A stretch of DNA of 64,000 nucleotides from positions 139,808-203,807 of the forward strand of contig JBMORG010000027.1 in the NCBI GenBank assembly GCA_049322355.1, written 5' to 3'. Within the stretch, counting starts at the first letter, position 1. Each line of letters opens with the position of its first letter. Source of the stretch: Thermodesulfobacteriota bacterium. Its GTDB lineage: Bacteria; Desulfobacterota; Desulfobaccia; Desulfobaccales; 0-14-0-80-60-11. A program made the position numbers and the translations under genes. The notes beneath the pieces are model-generated. The model had not been told where the DNA came from, did not search any database, and saw only the letters and a list, made by a program, of their open reading frames with translations. Positions 8,310 to 16,206 of the stretch are shown here, in pieces.

Positions 8310-10940
8310 CTATTCCCTCTCATCTTGGCTATCCGGACGCCGGGGCAGAGAAAAATAAAAGGTAGCCCCGCCATCGACTTGGCTTTCGGCCCAGATGCGG
8401 CCGCCATGACGCTGGATGATGCGCTGCACCAAGGCCAGCCCCACCCCGGTCCCTTCAAATTTCTCATAGGGGTGCAAACGTTGAAACACTCCAAAGAGCT
8501 TGTGGGCATATTGCATGTCGAACCCCACTCCATTGTCTTTGACGTAATAGATATCTTCCTCTGCGGTGCTTTGGCAGCCCACTTCAATAACCGCAGCATC
8601 CCGGGGACGGGTGAATTTCAGGGCATTTCCCAGGAGATTGATCCAGACCTGGTGCATCAAGGCCCGGTCGGCCCAGGTCTCGGCCAACGGCTTCAGGTCC
8701 CAGTGAACCGTACGGCCCTCCAGGGTTTCATTAAGTTCCCTCACTATGTCTGCAACCTGTTTTTCCATGTCCAGGTCGGCCACCCTCATTTCCAAGCGTC
8801 CCAACCGGGAAAATGCCAGGAGATCATCAATGAGTTGACCCATCTTTTGGGTATTGTCCCTGATAATATTCAGCAACCGCTGCCCTTCCGCATCCAGGTG
8901 CTGGACCTGGTCTTTCAGGAGAAGCCGGGAGAAGCCGTCGATGGCCCGGAGCGGGGCGCGCAGGTCATGGGAGACGGAGTAGGAAAAACTTTCCAGTTCC
9001 CGGTTGGCCGCTTCCAATTGGGCCGTCCGGAGCCGCACCCGCTGTTCCAGTTCTTCATTGAGTTTGATGATCTCTTCTTCGGCCTTTTTCCGGTCTGTGA
9101 CGTCATTGAGGACAAAGACCAGGAAGTCCACCTCCCCCGCTTCATCCAGGATGGGCACCAGGGTCCAATCCCAGTAGGTCACTCCCCACTCCGGGTGATC
9201 GGGAAAGACAAAGGCTTTGGCCACGGCCTGATACGGCGTCTTGGTTTGAACTACCTGGGTGAAGATGGCCCGGTTCTCTTCGTGGGGGTAGAAATCGAAA
9301 TGGTTGCGGCCCGGAAACTCGGAAACGTCGCGGTGACAACCCTGCGCATAAGCCGCATTCACCCGGATGAAGTTGAAGTCCCGGTCCAGGAAGACCAGGG
9401 GGGTAATGGTGTGGGCAAAAAAGGCTTCCAGAATGCGGGTTTGTTCCTTGAGGATTTCTTCGGCCTGTTTCCGTTCAGTAATATCGATGCCCAATTCCAG
9501 GACCAGGGGAGAGCCGTCGCTGTCGGCAAAAGGATAAACATAGGTGCGGTAACTCCGGCCTCCCCGGTGGTGGGTCCACTCCCGCTCCTGTGGTTCTCCG
9601 GTGGTAAGGACTTCAAAGGGCCGGCAGTTCTCACACTGGTCTTGAAATCCATGCATGACCTCAAAACAGGGGCGATCTTCGGGATCGCCGAACCGCTCCC
9701 GGAAAAAGCGGTTGGCAAACTTGATGGAGAAATCCGGGGCCTTCAGATAGACGTAGGCGGGCAGCTCTTCCAGGAGGGACAGGAGGCGCCTGCGTTCCGT
9801 CTCCACGGCCGCCTCCGCACGGCGCAAGGCCGTAACGTCCCGGATCACCCCGATGACCCCCATAGGCCGGCCCTGGGGGTCAGTGATGAGGGAAGCATTA
9901 ATCAATACCGGGACTTCCCGGCGGTCTTTGGTTAAAAGGACGCATTCCAGGTCCCTTTTATAGCCGTGCTCCAGACAGACGTTGAGGCCGGACAGGATTG
10001 TGGCGGTATCCTGGTCAGCCACCAGCGTGGTGGCCAGTCCTCCCACCACTTCCTGGCCCCACCCGAAGTACTGTGTCAGGGCTTTATTGATATGGGTGAT
10101 GCGCCCCCTGAGGTCGGTGATGATCACCCCGTCCAGCATGCCTTCGACGGTTTGGACGGCCATGGTGGCCGCCGCCGCGGCTTCCTGGGCGTGTAAGGCT
10201 GTGGCGGTGCTGGCGCCCAGTTGCCGCACCCCCAGGACGATCCCCGCCACCCCCAACATCCACAAGGCCAGATGACTTAATATTATGGACCAGCTATGCC
10301 AAGTCTCTGCCACAATGGGACCCATGGGGACCGCCACACTGATGCCGCCCCGGATGTCGCCCACCTTGTAACCTTGTTTCGCATGACATTGCAGACAGCT
10401 GGCATCGACCCGGAAAGAGCGCATCAAGCGCATATGAGGCTTGCCGTTTATGGATACTATCTGGCTGACCTCCTCTTTCCCCTGTTCAAAGTCTTCCAGG
10501 GCCTTCTTCTCCCAGGGGTCGGGGGCGTTTTCTGGGCGCAGGGGCTTCAAACTGGTGAGATGGCCCCGGGGCAGGCCTGATTCTTGGGCCAGGGCATAAA
10601 CCTGGCGGGTCATATAAGCCGGGTTGAGCAGAGTCAGCCGACGGCCCGAAGGAGTGGTCAGATCTCTCTCCGGCAGGTGGGCCAGATAGGGAGTGGGAGG
10701 CGAATCAGGGGTGACCGGGACATAAACACCTCCGTGGGCCGCGGCCCAGCGGCGATAGAGCACATCCCGCTCATAGTTGGTCAGGGCGATATGCCGGGCG
10801 ATTTCCATGGCCTCCTGCTCATGATGGAACAGGTTCCAACCCAGCGATGCCGCCGCTACCAGGGTCCATATTCCTATGAGAATCCAGCCGTAAAGTTTTA
10901 CGGGTATGGGGTATACTTTGGTTTTCGAGTCAGTATTCAT
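8310..10940 (-). CDS. Membrane sensor histidine kinase: DUF3365-like CxxCH domain, three PAS, HisKA, HATPase_c
   Basis: N-terminal TM. SCLQCHAKQGYKVGDIRGGISV is a DUF3365/Tll0287-like haem-c motif. Second TM, PAS repeats, H-box FSYSVSHDLRAPL and a G-box GTGVGLALV. Confidence 0.9.
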   Translation of the reverse strand: MNTDSKTKVYPIPVKLYGWILIGIWTLVAAASLGWNLFHHEQEAMEIARHIALTNYERDVLYRRWAAAHGGVYVPVTPDSPPTPYLAHLPERDLTTPSGRRLTLLNPAYMTRQVYALAQESGLPRGHLTSLKPLRPENAPDPWEKKALEDFEQGKEEVSQIVSINGKPHMRLMRSFRVDASCLQCHAKQGYKVGDIRGGISVAVPMGPIVAETWHSWSIILSHLALWMLGVAGIVLGVRQLGASTATALHAQEAAAAATMAVQTVEGMLDGVIITDLRGRITHINKALTQYFGWGQEVVGGLATTLVADQDTATILSGLNVCLEHGYKRDLECVLLTKDRREVPVLINASLITDPQGRPMGVIGVIRDVTALRRAEAAVETERRRLLSLLEELPAYVYLKAPDFSIKFANRFFRERFGDPEDRPCFEVMHGFQDQCENCRPFEVLTTGEPQEREWTHHRGGRSYRTYVYPFADSDGSPLVLELGIDITERKQAEEILKEQTRILEAFFAHTITPLVFLDRDFNFIRVNAAYAQGCHRDVSEFPGRNHFDFYPHEENRAIFTQVVQTKTPYQAVAKAFVFPDHPEWGVTYWDWTLVPILDEAGEVDFLVFVLNDVTDRKKAEEEIIKLNEELEQRVRLRTAQLEAANRELESFSYSVSHDLRAPLRAIDGFSRLLLKDQVQHLDAEGQRLLNIIRDNTQKMGQLIDDLLAFSRLGRLEMRVADLDMEKQVADIVRELNETLEGRTVHWDLKPLAETWADRALMHQVWINLLGNALKFTRPRDAAVIEVGCQSTAEEDIYYVKDNGVGFDMQYAHKLFGVFQRLHPYEKFEGTGVGLALVQRIIQRHGGRIWAESQVDGGATFYFSLPRRPDSQDERE

Positions 10941-11263
10941 ACCGGCTCCATGATGCCAGTGCCTTTGAAAGCCAAAACCGGCGCAAAGTCCGCTACTGCC
11001 CAGCTTGGATTGGTTCCCAGGCCCGGAAGCGATGACGCAATTTATTTTATCACCAAACTAAGCATAACAAAGAATTATAAAATCCGTGGCAAGATTGGTA
11101 AGGTTGACAAAATAAATTCTGGGGGAGGGGGCGGCCAGAAATTGCGGTTTTGAGGGGATTCGGCTATAGTTTTTTCATTCCAAATAGCAGGATTCAAAAA
11201 GTCATGAGATTATGATCGCCTCTTTATCTTTAATAGACTGAAAACAGGATAAAGGTTGGAAAA

Positions 11264-11476
11264 ATGATTAACCTGGAAGAGTTTCGCGCCGGACTATACA
11301 GCGTGCCCTTTTGCTGCGGGGACGAACTCCCGGAATACTGTTTTACCTGCGTCTACCTGTGTTACGATGAGAGGGACGCCTGCCTGTGCAACTCGGGCTC
11401 TACCTACTTCTGCGGCTACTCCTGGCCGGACAAACTGACTCACACTGTACCCCCTTGCCTGCTGGCTCCTGCGTAA
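11264..11476 (+). CDS. Hypothetical small Cys-rich protein (70 aa, 10 Cys)
   Basis: ATG ORF in an otherwise empty 640-bp spacer. Third codon positions are mostly G/C, as in neighbouring real genes. No family recognised and only a weak SD. Confidence 0.3.
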   Translation: MINLEEFRAGLYSVPFCCGDELPEYCFTCVYLCYDERDACLCNSGSTYFCGYSWPDKLTHTVPPCLLAPA

Positions 11477-11582
11477 GCCCCCTTTACCCTGTCGGTTCTT
11501 TCCCTAAGTCGATAGTCCCCGGCCCCGGCTAAGATTTGACAACTACCACCCCTTCATTTATTTTGAGGTCAGGGGAGGATTC

Positions 11583-12107
11583 ATGGATACGACCAAGCGT
11601 TGTCTCATCACTCAAGCAGAAATATCCCAGCGGGTGGCCGAACTGGGAGAGCAGATCGGCAAGGATTATGCCGGTCGGGACCTGGTGATGGTGGGAGTTT
11701 TGAAAGGGGCGTTCATTTTCCTGGCGGACCTGGTGCGGGCCCTGCCTTATCCCGTGGAAGTGGATTTCGTGCGCCTGCGCAGCTATGGAGCTGGCACCAC
11801 CTCCAGCGGCGAAGTCAACATCACCAAAGACGTGGAATCATCCCTTAAAGATCGGGATGTGCTTATCGTGGAAGATATTGTGGATACGGGTATTACTTTG
11901 GCTTTTCTGAGAAACCATTTGGCTACCCACAGGCCCCGTTCCCTCAAGATCTGCTGCTTCATCGACAAAAAGGAGCGCCGGGAAGTGGAAATCCCCTTGG
12001 ATTACGTGGGCTATACTGTAGAAAAGGGTTTTCTGGTGGGCTACGGCCTGGATTGTGGTGAACAAAGCCGCACCTTGCCGGAGATTTTTGTGATTGAAAA
12101 GGATTGA
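11583..12107 (+). CDS. hpt: Hypoxanthine-guanine phosphoribosyltransferase
   Basis: 174 aa. PRPP-binding motif VLIVEDIVDTGITL. GGGGAGGA SD upstream. Confidence 0.95.
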   Translation: MDTTKRCLITQAEISQRVAELGEQIGKDYAGRDLVMVGVLKGAFIFLADLVRALPYPVEVDFVRLRSYGAGTTSSGEVNITKDVESSLKDRDVLIVEDIVDTGITLAFLRNHLATHRPRSLKICCFIDKKERREVEIPLDYVGYTVEKGFLVGYGLDCGEQSRTLPEIFVIEKD

Positions 12108-12166
12108 AAGCCGCAAGAATAATCAACTTTTATAACTGTAATCCCCATAAACATATAGCGTCGTAG

Positions 12167-12187
12167 GGGCGGGTTTGAAACCCGCCC
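12167..12187 (+). repeat. GC hairpin GGGCGGGTTTGAAACCCGCCC downstream of hpt (weak terminator-like element)
   Basis: 7-bp GC stem GGGCGGG/CCCGCCC with no clean T-tract. Member of a family of GC hairpins seen throughout the window. Confidence 0.5.
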
Positions 12188-12214
12188 TTACCCCATTTTC
12201 AACTTCGGGAAGCT

Positions 12215-13204
12215 ATGACCGACTCGGCTAACTTCAATCATTTTGCGGCCATCGATGTCGGCAGTCTGACGGTGCGTCTGGCGGTGGCTGAGTCACTCCC
12301 TGAAAGCCGATTTCGGGTGCTTCTCCACCGCCGCGAAATCACCGGTTTGGGGCAGGGGTTGGCCGCCACCGGCGAGTTGGCCCCGGAGGGCATGGCCCGG
12401 ACTCTGGCAGCCCTAAAGGACTTTCAGCAGGTAATGGCTTCCCAGCAGGTGGGAGCCTACCGGGCCGTGGGCACCCAGGCCCTGCGCCAGGCCCGCAACC
12501 GCCAGGTTTTCTTGGATATGGTGCGAAATGATTTGGGGCTGGCCGTGGAGGTGCTAACGCCAGAGGAAGAAGCCCGGCTGGCGCTCGCCGGGGTTTTGTC
12601 CGCCCTGGATTCGCAGGTGCTGACGGCCCCCGCGGTGCTGGTCTTCGATGTGGGCGGCGGCAGCTCCGAGTTCGCCCTGGTGCGCCCAGGCCAGGAGCCG
12701 GTCTTTGCCAGCCTGCCCCTGGGGGTCCTGACCCTGAGCCAGGCCCGGCCGTTGGGAGACCCGCCGCAGCCAGACAAGGTGGCGGCCCTGAAAAAGGAAC
12801 TGGCTACCCGTTTGCTGGTTTTTTACCAGGAGAGGATCGAGCCTAACCTCCAGACGGCCCCTCGCCTGGTGGGTACCGCCGGCGCGGTAACCACCCTGGC
12901 GGCCATGCACTTGCAGTTGCGGGAATATGACGCGGATAAAGTCAACAACTTGTTTTTGACCCGAATCCAGGTGGCAGGCCTTGCGGAGCTTATGTGCGGC
13001 CTGCCCGAAGCCGACCGGGCCCGATTGGTCGGCATCGAGCCCGCCAAAGCCGGGGTCATGGTGGCCGGGGCTTTGATAGTGCTGGCCATACTTGACGTCT
13101 GTCACCAGGATTCCCTGGTAGTTATCGACGCCGGACTTTTGGAGGGGGTCTTGCAGGAGATGGCCCTCAAGTTTTGGGTTTCAGGATTTGACAAAATTGG
13201 GTAA
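12215..13204 (+). CDS. Ppx/GppA family phosphatase (exopolyphosphatase / pppGpp phosphohydrolase)
   Basis: ASKHA-fold motifs AAIDVGSLTVRLAV and VFDVGGGSSEF. Length of 329 aa fits the catalytic two-domain core. Confidence 0.85.
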   Translation: MTDSANFNHFAAIDVGSLTVRLAVAESLPESRFRVLLHRREITGLGQGLAATGELAPEGMARTLAALKDFQQVMASQQVGAYRAVGTQALRQARNRQVFLDMVRNDLGLAVEVLTPEEEARLALAGVLSALDSQVLTAPAVLVFDVGGGSSEFALVRPGQEPVFASLPLGVLTLSQARPLGDPPQPDKVAALKKELATRLLVFYQERIEPNLQTAPRLVGTAGAVTTLAAMHLQLREYDADKVNNLFLTRIQVAGLAELMCGLPEADRARLVGIEPAKAGVMVAGALIVLAILDVCHQDSLVVIDAGLLEGVLQEMALKFWVSGFDKIG

Positions 13205-13329
13205 TATTTAAATTTATTCTCCGGCGACTTGTTGGCCCCGATTTTATTCATATTATTAAGACTGCCATCTTCTTTTCCATGGCCCAAGATTAATCACTGT
13301 AAAATCCAATCAGTATTAAAGGAAAGCTT

Positions 13330-14793
13330 ATGGCGCCAGACCCCATTCCCTACGCTTATACCTTCGATGATCTGCTGTTGCTGCCTGGGGCGTCGTCGGT
13401 GCTCCCCAGCGAAGCCGACCTCAGCACTAACCTGACCCGGCGCATTTCCCTCAATATTCCGCTGCTCAGTTCCGCCATGGACACGGTCACCGAAGCGGAA
13501 ACAGCCATCTCTTTGGCCCGCCAGGGCGGTATCGGGATTCTGCACCGCAATATGACCATCGAAGCCCAGGCCCTGGAAGCGGAAAAGGTCAAGAAGTCCG
13601 AGTCCGGCATGATCATCGATCCCGTGACCATCGGGCCCGAGGCCCGGATCGCCGATGTTTTGCAGCTTATGGAGCGCTACCGCATCTCCGGCATCCCGGT
13701 GGTGGAGGGGCGGAAGTTGGTGGGCATCGTCACCAACCGGGACCTGCGCTTTGAAACCAACCTGGAGCAAAGGGTGAAGGAGGTGATGACCAAGGACCAC
13801 CTGGTCACTGCCAAGGTGGGGATCACCCTGGAGGATTCCAAGGCCCTGCTCCATAAATACCGCATCGAAAAACTCCTGGTGGTGGACGAAAACGGCGATC
13901 TCAAGGGGCTCATTACCATTAAAGACATTGAAAAGATTCGCAAATACCCCCAGTCCTGCAAGGACGAGTTCGGGCGCCTGCGGGTGGGGGCCGCCATCGG
14001 GGTGGGGGCGGACCGGGAGGCCCGAATTGAGGCTCTGATCAAGGCCGGGGTGGATGTTATCGTCATCGATACCGCGCATGGGCATTCCTGGCGGGTGATC
14101 GAGACGGTGGAGGACACCAAACGGAATTTCCCCACCATAGAGTTGATTGCCGGAAACGTCGCCACCGCCGAAGGCGCCCGGGACCTCATCCAGGCCGGGG
14201 TCGACGCGGTCAAAGTGGGGGTGGGGCCCGGCTCCATCTGTACCACCCGGGTGATTGCCGGGGTGGGAGTGCCGCAACTGAGCGCCATCATGGACTGCGC
14301 CAAGGCCACTCGCAAAGCCGAGATTCCCCTGGTGGCCGACGGCGGCATCAAGTACTCCGGCGACCTTACCAAGGCCCTGGCCGCGGGCGCCGACGTGGTG
14401 ATGATCGGCAGCCTCTTTGCCGGCACCGATGAGTCCCCCGGTGAAACCGTGATCTTCCAGGGCCGCAGTTACAAAATCTACCGGGGCATGGGAAGCGTGG
14501 AAGCCATGAAGGCGGGCAGCCGGGACCGCTATTGCCAGGAGGACATCAACCTGGAGCACAAACTGGTGCCGGAAGGCATCGTGGGGCGGGTGCCCTCCCG
14601 GGGCAAGCTGGCGGAGGTCATCTTTCAGCTTATGGGAGGCCTCAGGTCCGGCATGGGCTATGTGGGGGCCAGGACCATCAGGGAACTCCAGGACAAGGCT
14701 AAATTCGTGCGCATCAGCCCCGCGGGCCTGAAAGAATCCCACGTCCACGACGTCATTATCATGAAGGAAGCGCCCAATTACTGGGTGGATTAG
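13330..14793 (+). CDS. guaB: IMP dehydrogenase
   Basis: 487 aa with a CBS pair. Catalytic loop [13 protein letters not shown] and GGIKYSGD motif. Confidence 0.97.
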   Translation: MAPDPIPYAYTFDDLLLLPGASSVLPSEADLSTNLTRRISLNIPLLSSAMDTVTEAETAISLARQGGIGILHRNMTIEAQALEAEKVKKSESGMIIDPVTIGPEARIADVLQLMERYRISGIPVVEGRKLVGIVTNRDLRFETNLEQRVKEVMTKDHLVTAKVGITLEDSKALLHKYRIEKLLVVDENGDLKGLITIKDIEKIRKYPQSCKDEFGRLRVGAAIGVGADREARIEALIKAGVDVIVIDTAHGHSWRVIETVEDTKRNFPTIELIAGNVATAEGARDLIQAGVDAVKVGVGPGSICTTRVIAGVGVPQLSAIMDCAKATRKAEIPLVADGGIKYSGDLTKALAAGADVVMIGSLFAGTDESPGETVIFQGRSYKIYRGMGSVEAMKAGSRDRYCQEDINLEHKLVPEGIVGRVPSRGKLAEVIFQLMGGLRSGMGYVGARTIRELQDKAKFVRISPAGLKESHVHDVIIMKEAPNYWVD

Positions 14794-14851
14794 GGGATTG
14801 AGCAGTTAGCGGTTAGCATTCCGCAGTTAGTTTTCTGCCAAAATAATGTAG

Positions 14852-14878
14852 GGGCGGACCCATGTGTCCGCCCTTTTT
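14852..14878 (+). terminator. Rho-independent terminator after guaB
   Basis: GGGCGGAC-ccatgt-GTCCGCCC, an 8-bp stem followed by TTTTT. Confidence 0.75.
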
Positions 14879-15013
14879 CGCGCAAGGTTACTATCCCAAA
14901 TTTCATAACTAATTCTGATAGATAATATAAATAATATTAATTTTACTTATATAAAATGGTGATTTAACATGAAGAAAAAGCTGGCATAGTGCTCTTGAGT
15001 AGGGGGTAATCCC

Positions 15014-15520
15014 ATGTTGATCAAGGGGTACACCAAATCTTTTGTCCGCCCGCCCAATCCCAGCGCCCAGCACCTTCGCTGTTTCGCCGCGCTGGACGCA
15101 GACGTCACCGAAGTGCTGCCTTATTTGAATACTATACTCAAGGGTTATGAATACCTGACCGACCCGCCCTCGCTGACACTGAAATTGCTGGGGAAACTCG
15201 TCACGATTCATCCCCGGAAGGTTGCCATTAATATTGTTAAAGATGAACAGGAAGCCGATGAGATTTTGGAGTGGCTGACTCGAAACATCAACGAAACCTG
15301 GGACCGGAAGAACCAAATCGCCCCAAGTTTTAAGGCCGCGCCTAAACCCCGGGTCCTGGATATTCTGAGACTTTTGCCCAAGACCAACTGCGGTAAATGC
15401 GGCGCCCCCACCTGCATGGTCTTTGCAGTGGGGCTGAGCACGGGAGAGAAGGTTCCGGAACTATGCCCGGCATTGGGCCAGGAGAACCGGGAAAGACTAG
15501 GGAATATCTTGGGTGTTTGA
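15014..15520 (+). CDS. Fe-S protein with C-terminal PF04060-type (RnfB/CFeSP-like) putative 4Fe-4S motif; N-terminal domain unknown
   Basis: LLPKTNCGKCGAPTCMVFAVGL matches the LPxTNCGxCGxPTCxAFA motif of RnfB N-termini and corrinoid Fe-S protein subunits. SD AGGGGG upstream. Confidence 0.6.
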   Translation: MLIKGYTKSFVRPPNPSAQHLRCFAALDADVTEVLPYLNTILKGYEYLTDPPSLTLKLLGKLVTIHPRKVAINIVKDEQEADEILEWLTRNINETWDRKNQIAPSFKAAPKPRVLDILRLLPKTNCGKCGAPTCMVFAVGLSTGEKVPELCPALGQENRERLGNILGV

Positions 15521-15665
15521 AGCAGGCGGTGGCGTAAAGGGAGTAATGATTTGGGTGGTGCCCAAGCAGAGCTTGGGCGATATGGGCTTTCCCAAGCTGT
15601 AAGCGACCCACCGGGCCGCCCGTACTTATGGGATGGGGGGGGCTTGGGGGAGGGGGTTAGAGGTT

Positions 15666-15688
15666 CACAGGCGAGACGCCTGTGCCAC
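15666..15688 (-). repeat. GTGGCACAGGC...GCCTGTG hairpin (family 3, reverse-oriented copy)
   Basis: cacaggcgagacgcctgtgccac lies in the convergent spacer between the Fe-S gene and mvhD. Confidence 0.7.
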
Positions 15689-15727
15689 TGCCCTTTGCCC
15701 CCTCCTCCAAAAACATCCCACCAGCTA

Positions 15728-16192
15728 TTAACCTGCCGCGGCTTTGGGCTGTTCGGCCAGCCAGGCCGCCCGGGCTTCCCGGTTCACCGGGCTGGGGCCC
15801 AGTTTCAAGGTCCGCTCCACCATTTCCTTGGCCAGGGCGGCGAATTTCGGCCCTTCCGAAGACGACAGGTTGAACATTTCCAACCGTTCCGGCTCGAACA
15901 CCCCCATCTGGGCGAAGTCCTTTTTTACCTTGTTGACCCGTTTTTTGGCCCGGATGTTGCCCATGAGATAATGGCACTCGCCCTCCAGGCACCCCGCCAC
16001 GAAGACTGAATCCGCCCCGGCTTCAAAGGCCTTGAGCAGGTGGATGATGTCCACCCGTCCGGTGCAGGGCATCATGATGACCTTGATATCCGGGGGGTAT
16101 TGCAGTCGCATCGAACCTGCCAGGTCCGCAGCGCTGTATGCTCAGTAACGGCAGCAAAAGCCGATGATTTTGGGAGACCACGCAGCAGTCAT
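15728..16192 (-). CDS. mvhD: MvhD-like (methyl-viologen-reducing hydrogenase delta subunit family) protein with in-frame UGA, predicted selenocysteine at codon 17
   Basis: The track ORF (15728..16111) starts at MRLQYPPDIKVIMMPCTGRVD. The same frame upstream reads ATG(16192) MTAAWSPKIIGFCCRY-TGA-AYSAADLAGS, with AGGAGG before the ATG. The TGA aligns with the second Cys of the MvhD FxCNWCSY motif. Confidence 0.75.
16108..16144 (-). promoter_or_regulatory. UGA (16144..16142) plus candidate bacterial SECIS hairpin
   Basis: The mRNA UGA-GCAUACAGCGCUGC-GGACCUG-GCAGGUUCGAUGC can form an imperfect stem of about 13 bp starting right after UGA. The G-rich apical loop lies 15-21 nt downstream. Confidence 0.5.
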
Positions 16193-16206
16193 AATTCCTC
16201 CTATTT

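Noticed and set aside
8220-9935. 571-aa ORF on the plus strand
   Set aside because: It is entirely antisense to the well-supported PAS histidine kinase (8310..10940). Its translation is low-complexity with no recognisable motifs. Long antisense ORFs are expected in GC-rich coding DNA.
13294-14748. 484-aa ORF antisense to guaB
   Set aside because: It mirrors the unambiguous IMP dehydrogenase gene. Its composition (Gly/His/Pro/Asp-rich) is typical of reverse-frame artefacts.
15728-16111. Reading mvhD as an N-terminally truncated gene or pseudogene
   Set aside because: The upstream in-frame segment restores the conserved N-terminal Cys motif. It has its own ATG and a strong SD. The single TGA falls on a conserved Cys position with a hairpin downstream. 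Selenocysteine recoding therefore explains the data better than decay.
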